Assembly (NCBI GenBank): GCA_012295275.1 | Contig: CM022667.1 | Location: 14,694,001 to 14,758,000 of the forward strand | Direction: 5' to 3' | Length of the DNA: 64,000 bases | DNA from: Chrysomallon squamiferum | Lineage: Eukaryota > Animalia > Mollusca | In this document: positions 46,721 through 62,559 of the stretch, piece after piece | Position numbering within the stretch: position 1 is the first letter of the stretch | Layout: each line of letters opens with the position of its first letter | Made by a program: the position numbers and the translations under genes | Notes under the pieces: model-generated | The model's database searches: none | Told to the model about the DNA's origin: nothing | Seen by the model: only the letters and a program-made list of their open reading frames with translations

Positions 46721-47591
46721 TCTTGAGTTAATGAATATTACGTGTCCTGATTTTCTGCAGTGGAATGTATGATCCACAATAACATGCTGTGAATGTTTGA
46801 ATATGAAGCCTGTTGATTCGAAATTTGATTTGCTTGAGGCGACTCCAGTTCGAGAAAAGGGCAGAAGAAATGTGATCATGTTTACTCCATACCAAATAAT
46901 CTTGATTTAAAATTTGATAATAAAGAATACTGTAAGGATCGCATTTATTTGAAATTTAAAATAACGTAAGTATAAAATCAGTTACATTTACTGTGTTTGT
47001 TTCACAACACCACGGCACAAAATTAAAACCAGATATTGGGTGTCATTCAAAGGTAAATAACCAGCTCCTACAGCATTTACTGTGGCTACAATAACACCAA
47101 AAACAAATAAAAAGCAAAACGACAACAATAACAACAAATACAACTACAACAACTACTACTGCTACTATTACTACTACTACTACCACTACCACTACCACTA
47201 CTACTACTATACAAGTATTAAATTGGATACATTTATGTTATAGAGCAACAGCTATTACTAGGATTTACTATAAAAATTACTACTACTATTACTACTACTA
47301 CTACTATTACTAAATTATTCTGTCTTATTACTTACCTCTACTAATAATATATCAACAGTACTGTGGCTACAACTACCACTGCAGCGACACCTACTACTAA
47401 TGCTATTATCACGACCACTACCATTATTTCTATTACTATTAGTCTTACTATATCCACCACTATGACTATTACTACTGCTGATTTTACTACTACTAAAAAC
47501 TACTGCTATTAACACTACTACAACCACGACAACGCCTCTTCCACCACCACAAACATTAAGACTATTACTACTACAACCATTACTACTATTG

Positions 47592-47626
<35 letters not shown>

Positions 47627-48609
47627 GTTACTTCTACTGCTACTATATACTATTACCAGTCGTTCGTCACCAATCTTACCTAATCTTCACCAGAACTCTC
47701 TTATAAAATTCAGAAATGTGGTCCACGACATGCGTACATGAACCTTCCTCAGAAGAAAATAAGTATTTAATTACTCCACACGTTCAACATACATGAACCG
47801 AGAAACTAAAACAATTCGTTTTGCTTGGAAAAGACTTATACCAAAAAAAAAAAAAAAAAAAAAAAAAATTCTGTTCATGTAGCTGTTGTTCCGATACACT
47901 GCTTTTAAAACCAATCAACTCTGTGTAGGACAGTAGCCAGACAGTGTATACTGTAGATAAATAAAGTGCTGTGTGTTTTCTATTATTCTCGACAGACGTC
48001 TGGGCAAACATTCTTTTCATCGCCATGTCGACAAATGCATTAACAGTTTTGAAGTGTACTGTGAGTTGTGACAAGGACAACAAAAGAACAAGAACGATAA
48101 GCTGTGACATTTAACTTTTTTTTTAAAAATAGGATTATTATCTGGATAAAGACTTGTTTACTGAAAACACGTAAACCTTTGTGGATTGGTATAAACTCGT
48201 TGGTGTGTGTTTCTGGCTGTTAGTGTGTGCATAAGTGTTTGTGTATTTTAGAATAATAAAATAATTTAAAGTTTAAGTTTAAAACGATTGACTACTTTTT
48301 TTTTGAGGGGGGTCATTTTTTTCTGCTTTAAAAGAGCTAATAACAAGAAAAGCAAAACAAATACAAACAAATACAAACAAACAAACAAAAACATACAAAC
48401 AAATAAATAAATAAATAAATTAAAGTGTAAAAATGATATAAGAAATTCGAGGTACACACAAATCCGTATTCTCTATCGCTCATGTTAGCACAAACCTTCA
48501 CAGATCTACAAACACACAAAACCCAATACACATACATAGCAATGAAAAAACCCCAAACAAACAGTATTCATTGTAATGATATTTCTTCTTGTTCTTTGTT
48601 CTTCTTGTT

Positions 48610-48640
<31 letters not shown>

Positions 48641-49102
48641 TTATTATTATTATTATTATTATGTTTATTATTATTATTATTATTCTTAATAGTAGTAGTA
48701 GTAGTAATAATAGTATTAATATTATTATTATTATTATTATTAGTAGTAGTAGTAGTAGTAGTAGTAGTAATATTTTTATCTTCATCATTATTATAGAAAT
48801 TATGCTTCGGATTGTTGTGAATGCACACAATACATTTCTGAGATGTCACTGCATAGCAACAAATAAATTTATTGACAAAATAGCCATAAACAGGATTTAC
48901 AATATTTTATTTTTTCATATAACCCAACTTGATCACGCTGCCACTCCAGTCAACTCTGATGTTCACACGGTTAGATCGCGAAATGTCACTCAGATATTTG
49001 AACGGATTTAAGATTTCTTTTTGAATATTATCTCGTCAGAGTCGTACCAAGACGACAGTATCTGATACGTCCAAATACACTATCGGGATCTTTCACAGTT
49101 AG

Positions 49103-51666
<2,564 letters not shown>

Positions 51667-52944
51667 GATCAAATACTGAAAAGAGTATAAAAATAATGAA
51701 AGGAAACGGCTAGCGTCTACAGACTAAAGATTAAAAAGGAGGGACAAACACAAAGAAGAGAAAAATGGCTGAAATGAAGCTTAATGTGGGAACAGAACAA
51801 TGATTGCTTCCAAGAAAACAAAGACAGAAACTAGAACAGCCGGAATGAAGCATAGATAGAAGAGCAGTTTGAAGCAGAACAAGAAGGAATGATGCTACGA
51901 AAGAAGGATTTAATCGGTCGGAGACGGAATACGAACGAAAATCCTTGTTTCAAATAACCTGTTTTTCACCCGTAATTTTGACCAAAGAACACGATTGTTT
52001 TATCCCGTAGGAATTACCACAACAGACACAGGCAGCTGCTTAGTAAGCTAGTGAAACACGAGATAACGAGACACAAAGATTCAACCACTTTACTACTAAT
52101 AACACTTTAACAGTGGTCACTATTTCTTCAAATGGAATGGAATCATAACACCAACAGTTGGAAATTTCAGACTACGATGTGACGTCATAATGTCTGTCTA
52201 TTATTTTACCGCAGTGCGGTCAGTGTTTTGTTTAAGTTGTGTACGCTTTCCTTTACGCATTGACCTTTTTTCTTTCTACTGATGTAAAATAAACGTCATT
52301 ATAATTCGACTTAATGCTTATTACATTACCGAGACCAAAGAATTAAAACAATTCGTCCTCTGATTTGTCCTAGACCACTGAATGACTATATTGTTTTTGA
52401 TCGTATTTATTAGGATCTGTGCTACAAATAAGTCTAAATAGAACTCCTTGTCATTTCCCTAATGGATTTTCTCACTTAAAATGCATTTATCGAGTAGAAA
52501 CTATAAGTCTCTGTAAAATAAAATAAAAATGAAAACAGAATAATAATACTCACACCAGTCTCTGGTGTTTTTAATTTTCAGTTTATCACTGATCAGACGA
52601 AATCGTACAGAGTTTACTGTCGTCATAATTTATATTAAAGTAGTATTTCTTTTCTCGTTTAGAAACAACTAGACATTATTATTATTTTATTTACATTCCA
52701 ACTAAACAGGTTAGATCATTCCAGACACTTTAAAATGACTGTTGTCCTTTCTGCTGTTGTAGTTGTTATTGTTGTTGTTGTTGTCGTTTTTATTGTTGTT
52801 GCTATTATTATTTTTATTATTACTATTATTATTATTATTATTAGTAGTATGGTTGTTGTTTTGTCTTTGATTATGTTATTATAGTTGTTATGTTGCTGCT
52901 GTTCTTATTATTGTTTTGTTTTTGTTGTCATTGCTTTGGTTCTT

Positions 52945-53025
<81 letters not shown>

Positions 53026-53448
53026 TTATTATTTTATTTAGTCACTAAACGAATGATTTTGTTCTTCTTCTTGTTTTCTCTTAATTTATGTTTACGACTA
53101 AACGCTTATCAACAGCTACCTTTCGTCTTATATCATTTACATGCATTAAAAACTAAAACACATATTTCTATTCGTAATTCCCTGTGTCACTCGAACTGTT
53201 ATAGGTATTTGTTTAACAGTGCAATTATTAAACTAATTGTCTGCGTGTTGGTGTTTATCTGTGTTCGTGCATGAGGGTGAATATAATTAAAACAAGTATT
53301 ATCTGTTTAACAAATTATTAAATTTTAAAAGAAACAAACGAAGGAAAATAACAACAACAATATAAAACTATTTAGTTCTGGATCAATTTAATGAGAAATA
53401 TCTTTTTTTTTCATTAAACATTCCTGCCATTCCTGCTGGTCCTTTTTC

Positions 53449-54028
53449 TTAGTAGCAGATGATGTATTTGTGATTGTGGTCGTAGAAATAAGCCCACCAC
53501 CTTCTCATTGAGTTAGCCTCTGTTTTCAGAGAACATCTGTTGCTATGAACATTGAATTTAATATCAATGTCGTTTACACCGGGAACAAACCTGAAAATAA
53601 CATAATTGATATAAAAACGTTCCTATGTATGTAGGTCTTTGTGTGTTTCTGTCTGTGTAAATATACAAACAAAAACAATATTAGTTATAAATGTATTACA
53701 AGCCATATATATATTAAATTACAACAAAGAGACCTCTTCCCTCCCTCCCCCTGTTTCTCTCTTTGTGTTTTTCTTTGTCATATCTTATACGTCAAAGATA
53801 CTTGCCAGTCTGACCAACTACCACCGAACCACTGAAGTTTGAAGGCAACAATCCTTCCTTTTTTGATCAGCTGGTCAACATTGGGATACAGTCCCGCATT
53901 CCATCTGCAGTCAAGAGTAGGTCCCTCCAATACTTCTTTGCACTTTCCCTGAAAATAAAAATAAAAACAAACAAATATTAATAAAGGGTTATTTTTAGAT
54001 ATCCTGGATTCTTCTTCTTCTTCTTCTT

Positions 54029-54103
<75 letters not shown>

Positions 54104-54175
54104 TTAATTTTCATTTCTTTTTTTTCCATCTGTTTTATTTTACTGATTAATATATTAGTTTACAGTAAAATTTGA

Positions 54176-54258
<83 letters not shown>

Positions 54259-54409
54259 TCTCACAGTGTGTGTATCTTTTTTCTCTTTGTTTCAAATCAA
54301 TGATAATAATAATACAAACCTGATTTAATTTATAAATAACAAGATCGTTCCAGGAAAATACTGCTGGAAACAGCATCGCCAGGAGAAAAATAATGAAATT
54401 CGTAGACAT
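53449..54409 (-). CDS. Uncharacterised small secreted Trp-rich protein, 124 aa, with one GC-AG intron
   Basis: Exons 54409-54320, 53948-53806 (donor GCAAGT) and 53590-53449 give MSTNFIIFLLAMLFPAVFS-WNDLVIYKLNQGKCKEVLEGPTLDCRWNAGLYPNVDQLIKKGRIVAFKLQWFGGSWSDWFVPGVNDIDIKFNVHSNRCSLKTEANSMRRWWAYFYDHNHKYIICY*. A 5'UTR exon donor lies at 54848-49 and a TATA-like TATATA at 54940-45. Confidence 0.82.
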
Positions 54410-54656
54410 TGTATCTGAAAGCAAAACAAATAATTGTAATATAAAATAAAAAAAATATATACAATAATAAATAAATAAATAAAAAAATAAAATATATAAG
54501 CTTCCGTTTATAGTCCTATCATGCACACTTTTTGAAAATTAACTTACATAGATAATTAAAAACATAAATAATTACATTCAAGTACATTCAAATTTAAATA
54601 TGAAATAGAATTAGTAGTCACTTAATAACTCCGCAAACAAAGATATAGTTCATCAT

Positions 54657-54689
<33 letters not shown>

Positions 54690-55296
54690 CAACGTCGAAT
54701 TTTTAAAATTACACTTGTATCGATAATTAAACAGGCAAAGAATTTAAACAAAATGATTTAGGATCAACATTCAAGTTTAATTATGCAATGGCTTATCATC
54801 ATTAACATCATCATCATCATCATCATCATCAAACAGTACAGTATCTTACCTTGTTTTGTAGAATTGCTGGTGCTTCGAGATAAGTAGAGTATTTGATGTT
54901 CTCCAGAGCGGATGTGTCCTAAGCTGATTTATCTTGTGCTATATAAACAATTTTCATACAGTAATTAACAAGTAGTGAGTGACTGAGTGAAAAAAATGAA
55001 GGTGCTAATGACAGCAAGCTGTTGTGGAGCACAAGTAATTTGCACCTTATTTTTATATATTACAGGTGTTGTGAGTAACGTCTGTACCAGATGTTGTAAC
55101 CATTATGATAAGGCTCGAATCCGAAGATGCTGATTTTGTTAATTTTCGAAGAGGGTTGGATGGATGTATGATGGATGGACAGATTGATAGATGGACAGAT
55201 TGATAGATGGACAGATGGATAGATGGATACTGAATGAAGGTAAAAAAGGGAGGTACAGTGAAAACGACAGACTGCATGAAACAGAGAGAGAGAAAG

Positions 55297-55384
<88 letters not shown>

Positions 55385-56289
55385 TTTCAAATGAACTCCC
55401 TGAGAGATAATAATTCTGGCCATTCAGTTTCGCAATAATGGAGATAAATCAGTTTACACCTCTAATAACAAAAACGGTCTACATCTGTTCATTTGAGAGT
55501 AAACAGGGAATAAAAAAGAATATATTTATGACGTGCGTTTTCGCATCAACAGTTCTAGCTCAACATGTGCTCACACTGATAAACGATTAATACAGTTATC
55601 TGTACACTGACAGCAGGTACATTTATATGTCATTGAAAAAAAATAAATAAATAAATAAATAAAATAAATAAATAAAATAAATAAATAAATAAATAAATAA
55701 ATAAATATTGGTAGTGACAGTAGTAATAGTAACAGTAATAGTAGTAGTAGCAGTAGCAGTAGTAGTAGTAGTAGTAACAGTGGTTTTAGTGATAATGCTA
55801 CTGATAATGATTGTAATAGTAATAATAGTTTAGTGGTCCAATTACTGATACTAGTACTGGTACTACTAGTACTACTAGTAGTAGCAGTAGTAGTAGTTGT
55901 TGTTATTGCAGTTGTTATCGCATTCATAGTTGTCATAGTAATAGTAGTAGTATCATCAGAAGCAGCAGTAGCTGTAGTTGTAATGATAGACGTGGTAACT
56001 ATAGTGATGTAGTTTTAATAGTAATAATACTTAACTACCTATATCAGTATAGTGTAAATATCTTGAAATATATATATATATATATATGCTATGCTTTGTA
56101 TAGTTGATAATCGATAATAAGAAAAATAGTAAAACAACAACAACAACAACAACAACAATAATAACATAGACGAAGATAAAAAAAAATAAAAGTTCTCGCA
56201 GCAGATCGAAATGGTAATTTCATCTTCGTTCTAAATCTGGACTTGTAAGCGCATATTTCTAAATTTGTTTGATATATTTAGTTTGACTC

Positions 56290-56363
<74 letters not shown>

Positions 56364-57675
56364 CATACAAAAGAAGAAAACCCCCACTAAAAAAGCAAAT
56401 AAAACATAAATCGTCTAATTGTTTTTGAACGAGATAAAAATTATAATTAAATACGTATTATAAAGAATTGTTTGGACATCATATCTAAATTGTTTTTTAC
56501 AAACTTCATTGTAAGTACAATCAATATTTCTGTGGCTGTTTTCACAGTAAGTAATACTTTTACTTAATAGCTGCATTTTAAATGCAAAACAATAGGCACT
56601 GCATTGTGAATTGTTTCTGTGGTTACTGACAGCTTTTATCTTCTTTGCATGGCCAGAAAAAAAAACGCGTACGTCTGATCTTTATTTTATTGATGTGGTT
56701 AACAAGTTCAGACGATGTCGAAATCGGATATACTGCTGCATTCACAATGGTTTGTCAAAAGGTTAATACAGAGAAAGAAGGAAATAAAAGATAATACACA
56801 AACGAAAAAAAAAAAAAAAAAAGAAGTTTTTTATCTTTATTTTTACCGGGGCAAATGACATTTTCCTTTCACGATAATTTTATTATATCCATCAGACATT
56901 ACCATTTTTATTTTAAATTGTCAGAGATGTGATTGAATATTATTTGTTGAATGGTGAGGGTCTAAAATTAATTGAACTGCGGTCCCTTTCTTGCATGAAA
57001 GTTATTAGCAGAAAGGGCCAGACTCCAGATAGTACTGAACATTTTGTTTCTTTTTAGGAAACCATTATGGCGTTTTCTGGTGTCTGTGTGGTTCTGCTGT
57101 TGAGCACATGCGTAGTATTGCCGCCGGCGCAGTCTTGTGACGTTACCGTTATGAAGAACGAAGCTGTTTCCGAGAAAACGTTTAATCGGATGTTACACAA
57201 CGTCTACAGCACCACAGTAATGACGAGAATAAATTGTTCCAAACACTGCAACGACGACGAACAGTGCAATGGGATGATTGTCTGTCCAGGTGTCTGTCAC
57301 TTGTTTGGCGTTTTCTATCTTCTCAATAATGTGTCACATTTACAGGGAGATCATCAGAGCTGCAGTGTGTTTAATATGGTAAGTATTACTCTTATTAAAT
57401 TAACACCTTTAATAATACAGTGGCACTTTGACTTAAGAGTTTAATTCGTTCCGATACTCAGTTTGCTCGTATATCAAATCAAATTTCCCAACTGAAATTT
57501 ATTGAAATACTATGAATCCGTTCCAGCCCCCCCCCCCAAAAAAAAACCCACCACAATTTTTTGTAACGTGTTTTTAAATAAGAAAAATGTATTTATAAAT
57601 GACAACTATTGTATAAAAAACAGAATAAAAGAGAATGTAAAGAAATAAATTGGTTTTGTAAACTGTACAGGGTTA

Positions 57676-57940
57676 GGGTTTCTCCATCTTTTCAGAGACC
57701 CGTAGCTTAGAAATTATTTTAAAACTTTCGAGTTATAGCCTTCATCGACTCCTTCTGCTTCAGATGGTACATATCGCAGAACTACCATGCTCGTACTGCC
57801 TAGTCAAGTCGATTACACGCACACCACGCTATATCATGCGTTAATTCAATGGACAATCATCAGCTTCTTCTTCTCAACACTGTCCTTTGCACTCATTTTC
57901 TTAGGATCCAGGCAAAAAAAAAAACTGCAAAAGAACGCGA
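57676..57940 (-). mobile_element. Tigger/pogo-type (Tc1-mariner superfamily) transposase 5' fragment, CENP-B-like HTH
   Basis: The minus strand reads, with frameshifts, DPKKMSAKDSVEKKKLM-SIELTHDI-RGVRVIDLTRQYEHGSSAICTI-KQKESMKAI...EKMEK, typical of a Tigger N-terminal DNA-binding domain. Confidence 0.75.
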
Positions 57941-57945
57941 GGTGT

Positions 57946-58271
57946 GCGTGTACCTGGACTTAGGAGTGCCCCAACTAACGAGGTTTTCGAGTACTGAGCT
58001 TGGGAAATTTTTGCTTTGAGTTGGGAGCCAAAATCCGAGTTACGAACGAGCTTCAGACACGCCGCGGTTAGTTGGCGCAACGAACAACATAACATCCGGC
58101 CAGCACCCCGCCACTCACTCGTTTACTTCACGTGGTTACCTGACCGTGGAAGCATTAACTGTTGTTGTGTGTTCGCATTTTTGTGCAGTATTTTGCCAGA
58201 TTTCTTTTTTCTGACCATGGATCGTAAGAAAGTGAGTGCAAAGGACAGTGCTTTGAAAGAAGAAACAGATT
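57946..58271 (+). mobile_element. Second Tigger-type fragment (5' end and ORF start), inverted relative to the first
   Basis: A TIR-like gtgtacctggacttaggagtgccccaactaacgag is followed by ATGGATCGTAAGAAAGTGAGTGCAAAGGACAGTG (MDRKKVSAKDSA). This is a close reverse complement of 57864-57910. Confidence 0.65.
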
Positions 58272-60200
58272 AATAAAAGTCATACATATAACAAACTAAA
58301 TATATTATACAAAAAAAAAAAAAAATAATAAAAAAAAAAAAATTATCTGTATTCGACTTAAGGAAGGTTCGCTGTGTTAAACGTTTCTAAACGGTGAGGA
58401 AAAAACATGTTTTTCATTTTGAATAAAAAATCATGTCTCTCTGTGGAAAACATATTTTTGTACAGAGCATCAATGAATAAATAAATAAATAAAATAAAAT
58501 AAAAAGTATGTTATTGCTTTTACAAACCTTTTACAAATTATAATGTTTAACTGTTCATTTCATTAACTCATCGGGTTTTATATATTATAGATGCAATATC
58601 TAACATGTATGAATGCATATCTATATGCATATATCCATATATGTGTGTGCATTCATATATGAGTCTGTCTGTGTAAGACTATGTATGAATAAGCATTTTT
58701 CTCCTGTTTCTGTATTTGTCTCTGATGACAGTATTATTTTTTATCGTGCATTTCTGCAATATAATACTCTGCATTTCAGAAACTTGCTACGAAAGATGAG
58801 TGATGATTCATAATACTAGCAATACAGGCACGTTTAGGGACATCAAAAATTCGACTTTTCGGAAGAAGGGCAATGAACGGGTAGGTACACTCAGTCAACA
58901 CTGGCAACATGTGGGTCCAGTCTCTGTATTCCCTAAAAGAAAAAAACATTCACTGAACACATTCCCTGACAATACTACAAGAACATGTCGGTTGGTGATG
59001 GATGCTGACGTTCTCACTGTAGTGGAGTTCAAAATACTGGGACCATGGGAAAGTAAAATGCACGAAACAGTCATGGCTAGATGATGTGTAAAAGAGGATG
59101 ATGTACTCCACAGCCGAACTCTGACACGAAGATTTGTACTGAGAAAGTAACTGTACTGGAAGAGGTCTTGAAGTGGGAAGAAATGTATTGGTTTATCGAT
59201 AGGCGTGAGGGAATAAGAATCTAACTATTACAGCTGGGGGAAACGTCCAAAAACGTCACAAACGTCAAAAACGTCAGAAACGACACGTTGATTGATTTGT
59301 TCAACTTGATTCTCATAGGAGGATCTGTCACAGTCGTCACAGAATATTCTAATGGGAAAGTAGAAATATTTGATGCAGATCACTTGGATTTCTCCTACAA
59401 CGGTGACATAGCAAAGTGAGGCAATTTATTAAGTACCAACCGTCTTAATATTAAAAGATGTCCAACGGAATCCGAGAAATGAATGGGTATTTAATGCCAA
59501 AATGGTAGCTGTGGTTTCAGCATCTACTATGAATGTGTTCTCCTCTAGCGCGATTCTTTGCGAATAGACACTATTACTTACAGTGACTTATCAAATTCTA
59601 CTCTTCTAAGACCGTATATGAATTTAGTGTAAACAAATTTTAGTATATTACGTCATTGTCTGACTATATTTTAAAAAATTACTAATGAAATACAAGAGAT
59701 TAACCATTAGAGACAAAATGATGATCAGTGTAAAAACAAAGACTATCTGAAATGAAATGGACAAAGAATATATCTTGTAATAGAGAAGTCCATGAGCAAA
59801 ACAGTAAGAACAGGGACTATATAAAACACAATATCTTTACATTTGTTAATTCTATTTAGCACATTACAATTACGTTTTCCAATTTTCTTGTGTGGAATCA
59901 GTAGATATAACAAAATAGGCATTGTCATAAGTACAATACAAGCAATACTCTGATACAGTTAATAAACGAAGTAATCAACACTGCTGATTGATGTAGGTCG
60001 CAAGTAAGGAGACAGGGGTTTAGAGTTACATAACAAAACCTAGTATAAAAAGGTTTTGTCTATCAAATGGAACGTCTGACTTTTAACAGGGAATCATGTG
60101 ACATTTCAGTCTTTAAACAAACTGTGACTGTTCCGGTATTTAAATTAGTTGGTCTTTACATTTTTCCAACTGGTATATTATGAACGAACGAGCGAGACAG

Positions 60201-60308
<108 letters not shown>

Positions 60309-60504
60309 ATTAACAACTGGTTAAAATGTTTAAGATTGTACGTACTATTTTAATACATGAATAATAGTTATAACGGTTTTGCAAATATTGTAACATTTGG
60401 ACCTTTAATCATATTAATAATTACCACATTTTACTGACAAGCATGACACAAGCGTTAAGATCAGCGTTTAAAGTATAGTGCAAAAAGAAATTCTCATCTT
60501 CTGT

Positions 60505-60544
<40 letters not shown>

Positions 60545-60550
60545 ATATAT

Positions 60551-60760
60551 ACAGGATACGATTTTTTTTCTTCTAATAATAAATAATTACTACAGCAGCA
60601 ACAAAACCTGTAATGCAGTACGAGTAACATAAATGTATTCAGTACATGATTTCTGTTTTCAATGCGGACATGGTGACATAATTATTCCAATTCAATTTGC
60701 ATAAACGTATCCGCGATCGTCGCACTTTTCAGTCCTTCTAAAAACTCAGTTTATACAGTC
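60551..60760 (+). repeat. Macin upstream segment, copy 1 (duplicated at 63789-64000)
   Basis: acaggatac...tacgagtaacataaat...tgcggacatgg.gac.taatta...ttgcataaacgt.tccgc.atcgtcgcact.ttcagtccttctaaa is shared with 63789-64000. Confidence 0.9.
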
Positions 60761-60934
60761 GATATATTGTTTGTGTCTTTTTTTTCTCTTTTTCTCTTCG
60801 CAAAGATACCCCGCCAACCATTGGTGCCCCCCTCCTTGTTGTCTAAACCAAGTCAACAGCTGCAATTATTTGGCTCTTTTTCCCCTCTCATTTGAAAATA
60901 ATTTGCCATTAGAGACTGCTTCAGGTTGATGATT

Positions 60935-61087
60935 GGGAAATCCGGGACTTAATCTTTTTATAATTTCCTTGTAAACAAATTGAATATTAATTCCAGAAAA
61001 GATGCATCCTGGACCAGAACTCAATAAATAGCATCGACCATGAACAGCATTTAGAATTCAAACTCAGCTGTTTCATAGAAGAACAAG
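60935..61087 (+). promoter_or_regulatory. Probable macin promoter and non-coding first exon
   Basis: kB-like GGGAAATCC at 60935-43, Fox-type TGTAAACA at ~60970, TATA-like AATAAATA at 61023-30, donor AAG|GTAAGA at 61087/88 and acceptor tttcag at 61793. Confidence 0.5.
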
Positions 61088-61520
61088 GTAAGAAGATCAT
61101 TAATTTTGTATTTCCATTTTTATTTTCTTTTCTTGGTTCATTTTTTTATTATATTTTATTATTAATTAATGCTGGACAAATAAAACGTAATTTAAAAGTA
61201 ACACATTTAAACAGTTTCTTTGTATCAGTAAATATAGACGTTTATTTAACACATATATCTGAATATCTCTCTCTCACTGTCTGTCTGTCTCTCTGTCTCT
61301 CCGTCTCTCTGTCTACCTACCTACCTACCTACTTATCTATCTACCTGTCTATCTATCTGTCTATGTATACTTATATAGTTACTTTAATACTAGCATACGC
61401 AGTACTAGTAAAAGCACTAAATGTACGTTACTTATTAACATTAAGTCTTCAGTTTAACTACTACAACTGAACTCACATCGGAAATTCTGAAACTGTTTTT
61501 CACTAGCCGAGACATTGATG

Positions 61521-61583
<63 letters not shown>

Positions 61584-61812
61584 GTATATACACTTACACT
61601 CTATAAGGAAGATAAATGATTCTTAATGTTTAGATTTATATTGTACTGTCAGGCTTTCTCATTAAATTTTAAAATTTAAACCTTTAGTTTGTCTGTGTGT
61701 GCGTGTGTGCGTACGTGCCTGTCTGTTTGGTTCATAGTCGACTGATGTATTCCTTTCATCCTTCTAGTTTTCCTTTCTCTCGCATTATTTCAGGTTTAAA
61801 CAAAACACAAAT

Positions 61813-62117
61813 ATGGCTTCGTTGACTGTTATGTCTCTGCTGCTAGGCGTGGTCGTTCTGACCATGTTGCCAGCCATTCCTCAAGTCGAGGCTAACATTT
61901 TTACCGAGTGTTGGAAGACATGGAGCAGATGTAGCCTCTGGAGTTCCGCCGCAACCGGATATCTATGGCAGACATGTGGACGAAGATGTCAATGTAAAGG
62001 ACACGTTGGTGGAAGTTGTGTTCTGGCACCGTCAAAATGTCCGCTGGCTAGGAAGCCTACCAGTGTCAGTGTTACGGATGGAAAAGTGGACCAAAACCTT
62101 GGTGGTGCTGGTTTTAA
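61813..62117 (+). CDS. Macin-family (theromacin/mytimacin-like) antimicrobial peptide precursor, 10 Cys, with a 1-nt frameshift at ~62053
   Basis: Signal MASLTVMSLLLGVVVLTMLPAIPQVEA, then NIFTECWKTWSRCSLWSSAATGYLWQTCGRRCQCKGHVGGSCVLAPSKCPLARK. The -1 frame from 62055 continues AYQCQCYGWKSGPKPWWCWF* (TAA 62115-17). AATAAA occurs at 62148 and 62175. Confidence 0.88.
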
Positions 62118-62559
62118 GACAAACACCGAAAATTTTACATCAGTCAAAATAAAAGAAGCAGTGAAAACCTAATCAATAAATTTAACAAATGAAAAGAAAA
62201 ATTATTGTTTTTTTGTACAACACTCCAGTTTTATCTACTAAAAATATTTTTAATTCTTCTCTATGAGGAACAGGTGATTGAATTATTTCACGTTTTCTTA
62301 ATCGTTTCTAGAATAGGGCGATGACAAAAACTGTATATTTATAATGTAAGAAATTCGTTTCATTGAATATTTATATATATATATATGATACGAGTAGTAA
62401 TAATAGTTAGTAAGACTAGCAGTAGCTTTAGTAGAAATAGTAGTAGCAGTTGTTGTGGTGGTGATTGTTATAGAACCTTGAACATGAACGTGAAAAGGAA
62501 ATATAATCATCTCGTTCTACAGAGATAGAAAACTTGAACATTTTTTATCTGATCTTGAA

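Larger units (their letters stand above)
57067..59420 (+). pseudogene. Inverted, decayed paralog of the PAN-EGF-repeat gene
   Basis: Exon 57067-57378 (signal plus PAN) is intact. No EGF exon is found. The exon from 58780 reads ETCYER*VMIHNT against ETCYTQWTMIHDT, with TGA at 58797-99. Later fragments WFIDRREGIRI and DLFNLILIGGSVTVVTEYSNGKVEIFDADHLD match repeats 3-4, with deletions and frameshifts. Confidence 0.85.

Noticed and set aside
47784-48110. 108-aa ORF with a signal-like start (MSQLIVLVLLLSLS)
   Set aside because: It runs into a poly-T tract, has no recognisable motif and overlaps the likely transglutaminase B promoter.
62045-62060. Programmed -1 ribosomal frameshifting in the macin (and at 28342 in transglutaminase A)
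   Set aside because: Neither site has an X XXY YYZ slippery sequence. A missing base is the simpler explanation.
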